Source of the DNA: Cycas panzhihuaensis
Lineage: Eukaryota; Plantae; Cycadophyta
Length of the DNA: 64,000 bases
Assembly: GCA_023213395.1 (NCBI GenBank)
Contig: CM041465.1
Span: 164,307,741 to 164,371,740, forward strand
Direction: 5' to 3'
The notes under the pieces were generated by a model. It made no database searches. It saw only the letters and a program-made list of their open reading frames with translations, and was not told the origin of the DNA. Positions 38,901-51,646 of this stretch are shown here, one piece after another; the stretch's first letter is position 1; every line of letters starts with the position of its first letter. Both the position numbers and the translations under genes were made by a program.

Positions 38901-41900
38901 GATGCAAGAATTGAGTGAAACCTATTTCATACTGAAGAATATTGAATGACCTTTCTAATGGATTTGACTATTCAAAAAATTGATTCCTGAAACTCAAGAT
39001 TTCAAAGAATAGGTGTAGAAACCCTTTTTAGGACTTAAACAGGAGCCACGAGACTGAAATACTGTAAAACTCAGATTATAACTTTATAAAAAGATGTAAA
39101 ACTGCTCACATATAGATTGAAAACCTTTGAATGCAACTTATGCCAAAATATCTTGAAGAAAATACTTTAAAAAAAAGTTGAATAATGAAGAACTAGGTTT
39201 GATTAAGTACTTTAACTTCACCAGCCTGAAATATTTACAAAACAACTTCAAATCACTTAAAAATATATATCAGTGTGAAGAGGGTTGAACTCGCTTTCCA
39301 ACAAAGCTAACAGTTCAAAAAATGGATATCAGATGAGAAAGTTATAATGAAAATAGTGAAGGAACCTATTTATAATTAACAAAATAGAGGTTGAAAAAAT
39401 GGGTCACTTCAAGCTATTAAATCTTAATCAAAACAGCTCCAAATCTAGTAAATGACCAGTCCACGGTGAAGCTCACTGAATAACAGTCACGATGAGACTA
39501 GTTTCACAAAAAACTGCTAACCCAGTAAGGAGATAGAGTATGAAATACCCTAGTTACCCCTTTTAAGTAATAAATAAAAAATATATAAAAGAAAATTTTA
39601 ATATATACTTATTAGCCCCTTTGATAGACAGCTTATGGTCATATGCTAGAGCACAAAACTAGGGGCTAATTGTTCAAAATGGGCTAACTTCTTTAAACGC
39701 TCAGATCTCAAACTATATACAAATAAATTTTATTAAAAAATAAACTTTATAAAAAAAAATAAAAGTTTCGACGTTCAATTCAACTAAGCTTGAATCTTTC
39801 AAAGCTAAGGAGTAGCTAAAGCAAAATGAATGACCTTTATGTCAATATAAAATGAAGTATGCTAGATTATGGAGATGATTAGCTATCCTTTTAAAAGTAG
39901 TATATTCCTTTCAAAGTAGTAAAAAATTAAAAATCTAAAGTGTAATATTTGCTTTAGATGATAGAAATATATGAAAATAACAAGTGTTTACCAAGAAATA
40001 TAGAAAACAAACAAATTGCACCTATTTAGTAAGGTAGCTTCACTTAGCTTGCAGATAGCTTGAAGTACTGAAAATCTAGCTTCATGTTGTAAAAAACTTT
40101 AAAAAAATCTAAACAAAGAATAATAATAGCTTTAAGAATAAATTGTTAGTGATTAATAATATAGACATAATGTTTTTGAGACAATGTAATACTTAAAAAG
40201 TTATAAGATAAGGTTTATAAGGACTAAATAAGAAGCTAAAAATAACTAGCTTCAAACACCTACCAAATGATGCCAGAATTGAGTGAAACCTATTTCATAC
40301 TGAAGAATATTGAATGACCTTTCTAATGGATTTGACTATTCAAAAATTGATTCTCAAACTCAAGATTTCAAAGAATAGGTGTAGAAACCCTTTTTAGGAC
40401 TTAAACAGGAGCCACGAGACTGAAATACTGTAAAACTCGGATTATAACTTTATAAAAAGATGTAAAACTGCTCACATATAGATTGAAAACCTTTGAATGC
40501 AACTTATGCCAAAATATCTTGAAGAAAATACTTTAAAAAAAAGTTGAATAATGAAGAACTAGGTTTGATTAAGTACTTTAACTTCACCAGCCTGAAATAT
40601 TTACAAAACAACTTCAAATCACTTAAAAATATATATCAGTGTGAAGAGGGTTGAAGTCGCTTTCCAACAAAGCTAACAGTTCAAAAAATGGATATCAGAT
40701 GAGAAAGTTATAATGAAAATAGTGAAGGAACCTATTTATAATTAACAAAATAGAGGTTGAAAAAATGGGTCACTTCAAGCTATTAAATCTTAATCAAAAC
40801 AGCTCCAAATCTAGTAAATGACCAGTCCACGGTGAAGGTCACTGAATAACAGTCACGATGAGACTAGTTTCACAAAAAACTGCTAACCCAGTAAGGAGAT
40901 AGAGTATGAAATACCCCAGTTACCCCTTTTAAGTAATAAATAAAAAATATATAAAAGAAAATTTTAATATATACTTATTAGCCCCTTTGATAGACAGCTT
41001 ATGGTCATATGCTAGAGCACAAAACTAGGGGCTAATTGTTCAAAATGGGCTAACTTCTTTAAACGCTCAGATCTCAAACTATATACAAATAAATTTTATT
41101 AAAAAATAAACTTTATAAAAAAAAAATAAAAGTTTCGACATTCAATTCAACTAAGCTTGAATCTTTCAAAGCTAAGGAGTAGCCAAAGCAAAATGAATGA
41201 CCTTTATGTCAATATAAAATGAAGTATGCTAGATTATGGAGATGATTAGCTATCCTTTTAAAAGTAGTATATTCCTTTCAAAGTAGTAAAAAATTAAAAA
41301 TCTAAAGTGTAATATTTACTTTAGATGATAGAAATATATGAAAATAACAAGTGTTTACCAAGAAATATAGAAAATAAACAAATTGTACCTATTTAGTAAG
41401 GTAGCTTTACTTAGCTTGCAGATAGCTTGAAATACTGAAAATCTAGCTTCATGTTGTAAAAAACTTTAAAAAAATCTAAACAAAGAATAATAATAGCTTT
41501 AAGAATAAATTGTTAGTGATTAATAATATAGACATAATGTTTTTGAGACAATGTAATACTTAAAAAGTTATAAGATAAGGTTTATAAGGACTAAATAAGA
41601 AGCTAAAAATAACTAGCTTCAAACACCTACCAAATGATGCCAGAATTGAGTGAAACCTATTTCATACTGAAGAATATTAAATGACCTTTCTAATGGATTT
41701 GACTATTCAAAAAATTGATTCCTAAAACTCAAGATTTCAAAGAATAGGTGTAGAAACCCTTTTTAGGACTTAAACAGGAGCCACGAGACTGAAATACTAT
41801 AAAACTCACATTATAACTTTATAAAAAGATGTAAAACTGCTCACATATAGATTGAAAACCTTTGAATGCAACTTATGCCAAAATATCTTGAAGAAAATAC

Positions 41901-43879
41901 TTTAAAAAAAAGTTGAATAATGAAGAACTAGGTTTGATTAAGTACCTTAACTTCACCAGCCTGAAATATTTACAAAACAACTTCAAATCACTTAAAAATA
42001 TATATCAGTGTGAAGAGGGTTGAACTCGCTTTCCAACAAAGCTAACAGTTCAAAAAATGGATATCATATGAGAAAGTTATAATGAAAATAGTGAAGGAAC
42101 CTATTTATAATTAACAAAATAGAGGTTGAAAAAATGGGTCACTTCAAGCTATTAAATCTTAATCAAAACGGCTCCAAATCTAGTAAATGACCAGTCCACG
42201 GTGAAGCTCACTGAATAACAGTCACGATGAGACTAGTTTCGCAAAAAACTGCTAACCCAGTAAGGAGATAGAGTATGAAATACCCTAGTTACCCCTTTTG
42301 AGTAATAAATAAAAAATATATAAAAGAAAATTTTAATATATACTTATTAGCCCTTTGATGACGACTTATGGTCATATGCTAGAGCATAAAACTAGGGGCT
42401 AATTGTTCAAAATGGGCTAACTTCTTTAAACGCTCAGATCTCAAACTATATACAAATAAATTTTATTAAAAAATAAACTTTATAAAAAAAAATAAAAGTT
42501 TCGACGTTCAATTCAACTAAGCTTGAATCTTTCAAAGCTAAGGAGTAGCTAAAGCAAAATGAATGACCTTTATGTCAATATAAAATGAAGTATGCTAGAT
42601 TATGGAGATGATTAACTATCCTTTTAAAAGTAGTATATTCCTTTCAAAGTAGTAAAAAATTAAAAATCTAAAGTGTAATCTTTGCTTTAGATGATAGAAA
42701 TATATGAAAATAACAAGTGTTTACCAAGAAATATAGAAAATAAACAAATTGTACCTATTTAGTAAGGTAGCTTCACTTAGCTTGCAGATAGCTTGAAGTA
42801 TTGAAAATCTAGCTTCATGTTGTAAAAAACTTTAAAAAAATCTAAACAAAGAATAATAATAGCTTTAAGAATAAATTGTTAGTGATCAATAATATAGACA
42901 TAATGTTTTTGAGACAATGTAATACTTAAAAAGTTATAAGATAAGGTTTATACGGATTAAATAAGAAGCTAAAAATAACTAGCTTCAAACACCTACCAAA
43001 TGATGCAAGAATTGAGTGAAACCTATTTCATACTGAAGAATATTGAATGACCTTTCTAACGGATTTGACTATTCAAAAAAATGATTCCTGAAACTCAAGA
43101 TTTTAAAGAATAGGTGTAGAAACCCTTTTTAGGACTTAAACAGGAGCCACGAGACTGAAATACTGTAAAACTCGGATTATAACTTTATAAAAAGATGTAA
43201 AACTGCTCACCTATAGATTGCAAACCTTTGAATGCAACTTATGGCAAAATATCTTGAAGAAAATACTTTTAAAAAAAGTTGAATAATGAAGAACTAGGTT
43301 TGATTAAGTACTTTAACTTCACCAGCCTGAAATATTTACAAAACAACTTCAAATCACTTAAAAATATATATCAGTGTGAAGAGGGTTGAACTCGCTTTCC
43401 AATAAAGCTAACAATTCAAAAAATGGATATCAGATGAGAAAGTTATAATGAAAATAGTGAAGGAACCTATTTATAATTAACAAAATAGAGGTTGAAAAAA
43501 TGGGTCACTTCAAGCTATTAAATCTTAATCAAAATAGCTCCAAATCTAGTAAATGACCAGTCCATGGTGAAGCTCACTGAATAACAGTCACGATGAGACT
43601 AGTTTCACAAAAAACTGCTAACCCAGTAAGGAGATAGAGTATGAAATACCCCAGTTACCCCTTTTGAGTAATAAATAAAAAATATATAAAAGAAATTTTT
43701 AATATATACTTATTAGCCCCTTTGATAGACAGCTTATGGTCATATGCTAGAGCACAAAACTAGGGGCTAATTGTTCAAAATGGGCTAACTTCTTTAAACG
43801 CTCAGATCTCAAACTATATACAAATAAATTTTATTAAAAAATAAACTTTATAAAAAAAAATAAAAGTTTCGACGTTCAA
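32948..43879. repeat. Tandem array of 8 x ~1367-bp AT-rich units
   Basis: Unit starts (TTCAACTAAGCTT) at 32948, 34316, 35678, 37042, 38411, 39779, 41146 and 42512; near-identical; no ORF of 60 aa or more. Confidence 0.97.
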
Positions 43880-45506
43880 CGCCACCACAGAAAACATGAA
43901 GAATAGAGGAGATTTTTCGAATTACAACTAATAAGATTGCATTGTAAGTAATCAAATAAAGTTGCAGACAGATGCTAGGGATCCACACTAGTGGATCGAA
44001 CAAGGATCTCTTTAAAAATTAATTTTTTTATATAAAAAAAATAAAAAAGACGTTGATAACCAATGCACTGCCGCCAACGAGAATACCTTGAACATAGGTG
44101 ATTTAGATCGATCAGATGTAGCTAAAATGGATTAATGAAGAGTACAAACAGGTGCAGAGGCCTCTCATTGGAGAATCCAACAAATATTTTTGAAAAAAAA
44201 TATATATATATTATAATAAAATGAAAAATTATTGATACGAAGTGCATGGTCTTGGTAGATACCCAACTGATGTTCAGAGCGAGATATCTCGCTAATGGAG
44301 AGATGAAATAACAAACTGTTTTCTTCAATACTAAGAGGACTCAGCTAAAAATAACATAAGTGGTCATATGTAGTGGTTTTGATCAACTGTTAGAGAGATA
44401 GAGCCTTTTGAAATCAAGATAGCTTGTAAATCTTTAAAATAAAAATAAAATCAATTAAATTTGAAAGAAAAGCTCTAAATTTCATTAGATCTCTTCCAGA
44501 TCGATAGTGCATGATCATACACAGGCTACAAAGTATAAATAGATTGAAATTTCAAGGAAAAAAGATTTAACAAATTAATTTTTAGCTTACGGGAGTTATG
44601 GAGGGCTCACGATGTTGAGGAGGCTGTATGACTCAAGGAATGCTAAAAAATAGACTGAAATTGCTTGGTCTAACTTGTATCAAACTTGCACCCCTATCAC
44701 AAAAGAGATCTGATGAAAAAAGAAGCCAAAATGAGTAGATGAAAGAAGGGCAGTGGGGTTTCACTATAAAAAATGAATAGCCAAGCTTCCGGGAGGGAGA
44801 TCTCTTCATAGGAGTGACAAAAATCAAAACTGTCAAATTTAGTATGAAGCTGACTCAGAGATCTTCGAAATGACCGGTCACTTGATAGGATTTCGTTCAC
44901 CGTGGAGACAACACCAACTTGTAGAAGTTTAAGTTCCTTGTAAAACCTTAAAAAAATAGTAAAAAAATAATAAAAATTTATAAACTATCAAATGAAATCT
45001 TTGTATAATTTTCTCAAAGGATTGTTGGGCTAAATAAGTAGCTATTACTGCACAAATCTGAAGAAATATTGAGTAAATAGAGCATATACACCAAAAAATA
45101 GTTAAATATTTAATAAAACTATACAAAATTTATTAATAAAAACTTCATAAAATGATGAAATATTGAATGTTTAATTGATTATAGCAGTGAACTTACATAG
45201 ATCTATGAAAATATAGATTATTTTATACATATAAATAAAAAATAGTCAATTTTTTAATGAAAATAATATAAAAACTATTAATAAGCTTTATAAAAAATGA
45301 ATAAAACTAATATATTACTTTTCGTAAGTAGCTTTGATATCTGCTTCAAAACTCAATAGATCTTCTTGCTCTTAAATGAAGGAGGTCCAAAATCTATGCT
45401 CTGAGACCAAATGAAGGATTTAAAAGCATGGAGACATAGTGGAGCAATAAGCAAATAATCAAACCATTATCAAGTATGAGCATAAACCAAATATATTTAT
45501 TCAAGC

Positions 45507-45786
45507 TGTTAGGTGTAATACTTGATTCCATTAGCCCTATGTAAACTCTCTCTATCTTTTGTATTCTATATTAGAGTTATGGGCCACCTTGATATGTGTG
45601 CCACCTCTAAATAGTCCAATGGGGTTCTCTCTCTAGTGGTGAGGTTGTACTATAAGTATGTACTCTTATTTGTTCATAATTGAGTTTTGGCCAATTCTTC
45701 AACATGGTGTCTATTCTGTGTATACTTCATCTTTTTGTTGCTCACCATTAGGGTTTGATATGCTTGTTACATTACTAATCCTATCA
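45507..45786 (+). repeat. Cargo element LTR1
   Basis: TGTTAGG...CCTATCA followed by PBS TGGTATCACAGCC. Confidence 0.95.
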
Positions 45787-46707
45787 TGGTATCACAGCCC
45801 AAGGTTTAACCCTTGGAGGCCTTTCTTGCAAATCCTAGTACATGCCATTCCTGGTTTTTGAGCTTTCAAGTCTTGTAAATTTTTTGATGTGCCTGTTTGG
45901 TGACTTTGTCAAGTTGAAAATCATTTGAAGTTATATCTGATGCATATTTTGTTATGGGACTGATATCAAGTTTTGAAGGGCTATTTTGGTGTTAATGAGA
46001 GGCTGTTTTCAAGCCCATTTTGAAATTTTGTAGTTGTTTAAAGCCTGTTGATGCTGCGTAGGTGGACATCTTCTCCACATGTGGTGCCACAATAATATTA
46101 CATGCCGGCGAAAGTCCACCATATTCTGTGTGCAGATTCAACTACTGTTTAGCTATCTCCTTCACATGTCAGTGGACAAAGTGTTGTAGGAACTGTTAAC
46201 AGCAGTTGAGTGAGTGCTTCTCGCTATCCGGAAGCTAGAAGAAACTCTACTTTCAAAAGATTTACAGATTTACAGGTTATACATATATTTTGCTGATATG
46301 TACATTCTTTATGCTCAAAAATTTTGTATTCAAGGCCTTCAAATCTGGCCTATGTTCTTATGTATTTTTTATTCAAAAAAAAAAAAAAAGGAAAAATCTG
46401 TCAAATATGTTGTTGGTGCATAGCCATTGCCAGATCTGAAAAGAAAAAGACTGCAAATGAAGAGCTTCTCTATGTATGAATTAAATGACAATCTATTGCT
46501 ATGTTTTTTTTGGGTCTTTCCAAAGTTTGCCGTATGAATCTTTTCATATTGCAAGCTTCAGTTTCGTCCCATCCATTAAAGCAAAGAGACTATCTGCTCT
46601 GACTGCTTCATTTTGTTCCTCGTGCATTATATATGTCATGGGATCGATCCGAGGGGTTCTGTTTCCATCAAACCATTGTGGTGGATTTTGATCAGTTCAG
46701 TGATGTA

Positions 46708-46812
46708 ATGGCCTAGCATAGTCGGGCTTGGGCTATGTGCTTAGTATTGGTCATACTGAGCTTGTTGAGTTTGGGTGAAGCAGCTTACCAGTTCAGAGTT
46801 GGGGAAAAGGCA
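46708..46812 (+). pseudogene. Captured signal peptide + phytocyanin/early-nodulin-like N-terminus, unit 1
   Basis: MA*HSRAWAMCLVLVILSLLSLGEAAYQFRVGEKA: hydrophobic signal followed by a YQFxVG motif. Confidence 0.55.
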
Positions 46813-46883
46813 ACGGATGAAATGGAACCCTTTATGCCCTGCTTATTTCACAATGTTAATCTGGGCTTTAATCCCTCGATCAT

Positions 46884-47746
46884 ATTTCCTTTTGATTCAG
46901 GATCATCTATTAGAGTTATTTCCTCTATATTCTCCACTCCATACTTTTTCAATTCACTCCTCAAATCATCTTTTTTCCATGTCCTACAAATATTGCGCAC
47001 ATAAAGAGTTTCATTATCTTGGCTTTGTGACACCCCACATTGCTTGCCTCTCACCCATGGATTCTTGAGATCTGCGACAACCTTCTTCGCTTGTTCGATA
47101 GTTGCAAAGCAAATGAATGCAAATCCTTTATTTTTCTGCGTGAGAGAATTCTTAGCCAGTCGAACCTCAATGACTTCTCCAACCTTACTGAAAACCTTCT
47201 TCAAATCCTCTTCCACAGTGTCCTTGTCAAGCCCGCCAACAAAAATCTCAAATTCCTTTTGCTTCCTCCGCTCTTTCACAGGGGCGAGCACTTCAACATC
47301 CTGATGATGTTCTTCTCCATTGTCGTTGCCGTCTTCTTGCTACTCTTCATCGTCAACTTCCTCTTCTTCTCCTCCCTCTGCATCACCATCACCTTCTTCT
47401 CCTTCGCCGTCAACCTTTTCATCTCCTTCACCATCACCTGACTCCTCCTCATCTTCTCGCGCTTCTTCCAGCACCTCATCTGACACCTTCACTTCAGTCA
47501 GTCTGGCTTCCTCGGCTTTGAAGCCCTCTTCAGTTAATGGCTTGCCGCCATTCTCCACCGATGCTTCGACGCCTGTGCGTCGTCTGCGAGGGCCGAAACA
47601 CTAGCATTTGGGTCGGCATTGTTGAGGTCTGGAAGAGAAACATTAGCCTTGGCTTCGACGGGATTCGACCCCGTAGCCTGCACTGCCTCGACGGCCTCCA
47701 GCTTGCAAACATCAAAGAATAATGGCGACTTCGACCCTCTGCTCAT
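46884..47746 (-). pseudogene. Captured hnRNP Q/R-like multi-RRM gene fragment, unit 1
   Basis: Acidic E/D/G tract, KERRKQKEFEIFVGGLDK (RNP2), KGFAFICF (RNP1), start of RRM2 (TLYVRNICRTW); truncated before the RRM2 RNP1; stop at 47340. Confidence 0.9.
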
Positions 47747-48499
47747 GGCAGCTTCAGCTTCATACCTGCAATGGCTTCGATGCATTATCCATGGCAGCAC
47801 TCAGAGATGAAAAATGGTGACCTGGTTATCACGACACTCTACTCTTCAACCTGCAACATCCATGGCGGCGGTATCCCTCGATGATATTCTTGGCAGAACC
47901 CTAATATCTTAGGGTTATATGTTGGCATATTTTTCGACGGATGTCAAATTCTATAACAAAGGGTTAAGTTTTTTTTTTTTCTATTTGAAAAAATAAATTT
48001 AACTATATTGGATATTGCTTTTGGATCCGTCCAGCCCTTCATCACTTTAACCCCGGTCACATGGTGGGCTTAATACGACCTATTGCCAGCTCATGAAGGG
48101 GGCTAGTCCCCATTTCATCCTTTTTCAGCATTACTAAGGAGTACCTATCACATTTTTTACTGTATCTTGAGATTGGGAGGTCCGATTTCGATTCTAAATG
48201 CGTTGGATCCATAACAGAGAGAGATTTCATTTGACAAGTCATTTGACACATTTTGGAGCCGTTTTCATGGAGATTTTTAAGTTCAAAGTTATAAGTTCCT
48301 ATTTGTCTTCATTTTTTCTCAGTTTCTTTAGGCACATATTGCATTTTCAAGGCTTCTTGATGTAATGTACCCCGAATGGGGGGGATGACATGTACTATGG
48401 ACTTCTTTTTAGCTCTTGAAGAACCCATTATGATCATATTGTACTTCATTTATGAGAGAGAGTCACATGTGCTACACAAGTCACATACTATTTTTCAGT

Positions 48500-48697
48500 C
48501 ATGTAAAAATTTCTAATACTGGTTACTTTTGCCCATGTTGGCAAGTTGTTAGCCCAATGAGGCATCATGTAAAAATTTCTAATGCTAGTTATTTTTTCCC
48601 ATAGTGGCAAGTTGTTAGCCCAATGAGAAATCATGTAAAAATTTCTAATGCTAGTTACTTTTGCCCATGGTGGCAAGTTGTTAGCCCAATGAGGCAT
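48500..48697. repeat. 3 x 66-bp tandem repeat (also ~52391-52588 and ~56271-56468)
   Basis: CATGTAAAAATTTCTAAT... starts at 48500, 48566 and 48632. Confidence 0.93.
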
Positions 48698-48819
48698 CTT
48701 TTTAGCCTATGTGGCATGTTTGAGGCCATAGTACCATTGTATTTCGGGCCATTAGATGCCGAAGAAGTGCTAGTCCTATTGAGCAAGAGGTAGGACACAC
48801 TTTTAGAAGCTACTCTTGC

Positions 48820-49352
48820 CCGCCATGTGCTATTTTCCATGTGCTTTATATACATGTAGTTTCCTGCTTGCACTCCCATATAAGCAAGGGGTGGGACCTT
48901 ATACAGCTACTCTTGCCAGCTCTTGATTGATCCACGTATACATAGGGAGTTCCTACCCAACTGGCGGTTGCAGTGGCTAATAACCCACGTATTCCGGTAG
49001 ATGGACTCTACTTCATATGGGCATCAGTAGCTTTCTTATTCAGTGCAGCAGTGTTTATGATCCAGCAGACTTTTGGAGACTCCTGTCATGTGCCATGTGC
49101 CATGTGCCATGTGTTTCTTATATATATATTTTCTTGCTTGCACTCCCATATGAGCAAGGGGTGGGACCTTATACAGCTACTCTTACCAGCTCTTGATTGC
49201 TCCACGTATATAAAGGGAGTTCCTACCCAACTGGCGGTTGCAGTGGCTGATAACCCATGCATTCTGGTAGATGGACTCCACTTCATATAGACTTCAGCAA
49301 CTTTCTTATTCTGTGTAGCAGCGGTTATGATCCAGCAGCCTTTTAGAGGCTT
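48820..49352. repeat. 2 x ~270-bp direct repeat upstream of the PPT (present in all three units)
   Basis: GCTTGCACTCCCATAT...GGAGACT block recurs with a 270-bp period (48871 / 49141). Confidence 0.9.
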
Positions 49353-49405
49353 GAACTTATCATTGAAGTGATGACATTTATGTAATTGACTATTACAGGG
49401 GGTAA

Positions 49406-49685
49406 TGTTAGGTGTAATACTCAATTTCATTAGTCCTATGTAAACTCTCTCTATCTTTTGTATTCTATATTAGAGTTGTGGGTCACCTTGATATGTGTGC
49501 CACCTCTAAATAGTCCAATGGGGTTCTCTCTCTAGTGGTGAGGTTGTACTATAAGTATGTACTCTTATTTGTTCATAATTGAGTTTTGGCCAATTCTCCA
49601 ACATGGTGTCTATTCTGTGTATACTTCATCTTTTTGTTGCTCACCATTAGGGTTTGATATGCTTGTTACATTACTAATCCTAACA
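49406..49685 (+). repeat. Cargo element LTR2 (shared)
   Basis: Preceded by PPT AGGGGGTAA, followed by the perfect PBS TGGTATCAGAGCC. Confidence 0.95.
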
Positions 49686-50607
49686 TGGTATCAGAGCCCA
49701 AGGTTTAACACTTGGAGGCCTTTCTTGCAAATCCTAGTACATGTCATTCCTGGTTTTTGAGCTTTCAAGTCTTGTAAATTTTTTGATGTGCCTATTTGGT
49801 GACTTTGTCAAGTTGAAAATCATTTAAAGTTATATTTGATGCATATTTTGTTATGGGACTGATATCAAGTTTTGAAGGGCTATTTTGGTGTTAATGAAAG
49901 GCAGTTTTCAAGCCTATTTTGAAATTTTGTAGTTGTTTAAAGTTTGTTGATGCTGCGTAGGTGGACATCTTCTCCACATGTGGTGCCACAATAATATTAC
50001 ATGCCGGTGAAAGTCCACCATATTCTGTGTGCAGATTCAACTACTGTTTAGCTATCTCCTTCGCATGTCAGTGGACAAAGTGTTGTAGGAACTGTTAACA
50101 GCAGTTGAGTGAGTGCTTCTCGCTATCTAGAAGCTAGAAGAAACTCTACTTTCAAAAGATTTATAAATTTATAGGTTATACATATATTTTTGTTGATATG
50201 TACTTTCTTTATGCTCAAAAATTTTGTATTCAAGGCCTTCAAATTTGGCCTATGTTCTTATATATTTTTTATTCAAAAAAAAAAAAAAAGGAAAAATCTG
50301 CCAAATATGTTGTTGGTGCATAGCCATTGTCATATCTGAAAAGAAGAAGACTGCAAATGAAGAGCTTCTCTATGTATGAATTAAATGACAATCTATTGCT
50401 ATGTTTTTTTTGGGTCTTTCCAAAGTTTACCGTATGAATCTTTTCATATTGCAAGCTTCAGTTTCGTCCCATCCATTAAAGCAAACAGACTATCTGCTCT
50501 GACCGCTTCATTTTGTTCCTCGTGCATTATGAGTGTCATGGGATCGATCCGAGGGGTTCTGTTTCCATCAAACCTTTGTGGTGGATTTTGATCAGTTCAG
50601 TGATGTA

Positions 50608-50712
50608 ATGGCCTGGCATAGTCGGGCTTGGGCTATGTGCTTGGTATTGGTCATACTGAGCTTGTTGAGTTTGGGTGAAGCAGCTTACTAGTTCAGAGTT
50701 GGGGAAAAGGCA
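50608..50712 (+). pseudogene. Captured signal peptide/phytocyanin-like N-terminus, unit 2
   Basis: MAWHSRAWAMCLVLVILSLLSLGEAAY*FRVGEKA. Confidence 0.55.
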
Positions 50713-50783
50713 ACAGATGAAATGGAACCCTTTATGCCCTGCTTATTTCATAGTGTTAATCTGGGCTTTAATCCCTCAATCAT

Positions 50784-51646
50784 ATTTCCTTCTGATTCAG
50801 GATCATCTATTAGAGTTATTCCCTCTATATTCTCCACTCCATACTTTTTCAATTCACTCCTCAAATCATCTTTTTTCCATGTCCTACAAATATTGCGCAC
50901 ATAAAGAGTTTCATTATCTTGGCTTTGTGACACCCCACATTACTTGCCTCTCACCCATGGATTCTTGAGATCTGCGACAGCCTTCTTCGCTTGTTCGATA
51001 GTTGCAAAGCGAATGAATGCAAATCCTTTATTTTTCTGCGTGAGAGAATTCTTAGCCAGTCGAACCTCAACGACTTCTCCAACCTTACTGAAAACCTTCT
51101 TCAAATCCTCTTCCACAGTGTCCTTGTCAAGCCCGCCAACAAAAATCTTAAATTCCTTTTGCTTCCTCCGCTCTTTCACAGGGGCGGGCACTTCAACATC
51201 CTGATGATGTTCTTCTCCATTGTCGTTGCCGTCTTCTTGCTACTCTTCATCGTCAACTTCCTCTTCTTCTCCTCCCTCTGCATCACCATCACCTTCTTCT
51301 CCTTCGCCGTCAACCTCTTTATCTCCTTCACCATCACCCGACTCCTCCTCATCTTCTCGCGCTTCTTCCAGCACCTCATCTAACACCTTCACTTCGGTCT
51401 GTCCGGCTTCCTCAGCTTTGAAGCCCTCTTCAGTTAATGGCTTGTCGCCATTCTCCGTGGATGCTTCGACGCCTATGCGTCGTCTGCGAGGGCTGAAACA
51501 CTAGCATTTGGGTCGGCATTATTGAGGTCTGGAAGAGAAACATTAGCCTTGGCTTCGATGAGATCCGACCCCATAGCCTGCACTGCCTCGATGGCCTCCA
51601 GCTTGCAAACATCAAAGAATAATGGCGGCTTCGACCCTCTGCTCAT
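50784..51646 (-). pseudogene. Captured hnRNP Q/R-like RRM fragment, unit 2
   Basis: As unit 1, with KGFAFIRF and an extra stop at 50940. Confidence 0.9.

Noticed and set aside
32948-43879. Array as an rDNA, 5S or snRNA cluster, or units bounded by MITE TIRs (ATTATAACTTT 33612 / AAAGTTATAAT 33875)
   Set aside because: No recognisable RNA gene; an 11-bp AT-rich inverted match without a TSD is plausible by chance.
43880-45400. Additional captured gene fragments in the gag-only element leader
   Set aside because: Some CG-containing patches, but no translation I could support.
45658-45861. Repeated 67-aa ORF MYSYLFIIEF... (also 49557 and 53434)
   Set aside because: Spans LTR U5 and the PBS; repeated only because the LTR is.
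47320-47604. Ser/Pro-rich extensin-like ORFs (also 51220 and 55101)
   Set aside because: They are the antisense reading of the acidic GAA/GAT/GGT tract of the RRM fragment.
48500-48697. 66-bp repeats as a CRISPR array or repeat protein (MPHWANNLPPW...)
   Set aside because: Head-to-tail repeats with no unique spacers and no cas genes, in a plant TE context; the ORF follows from a period divisible by 3.
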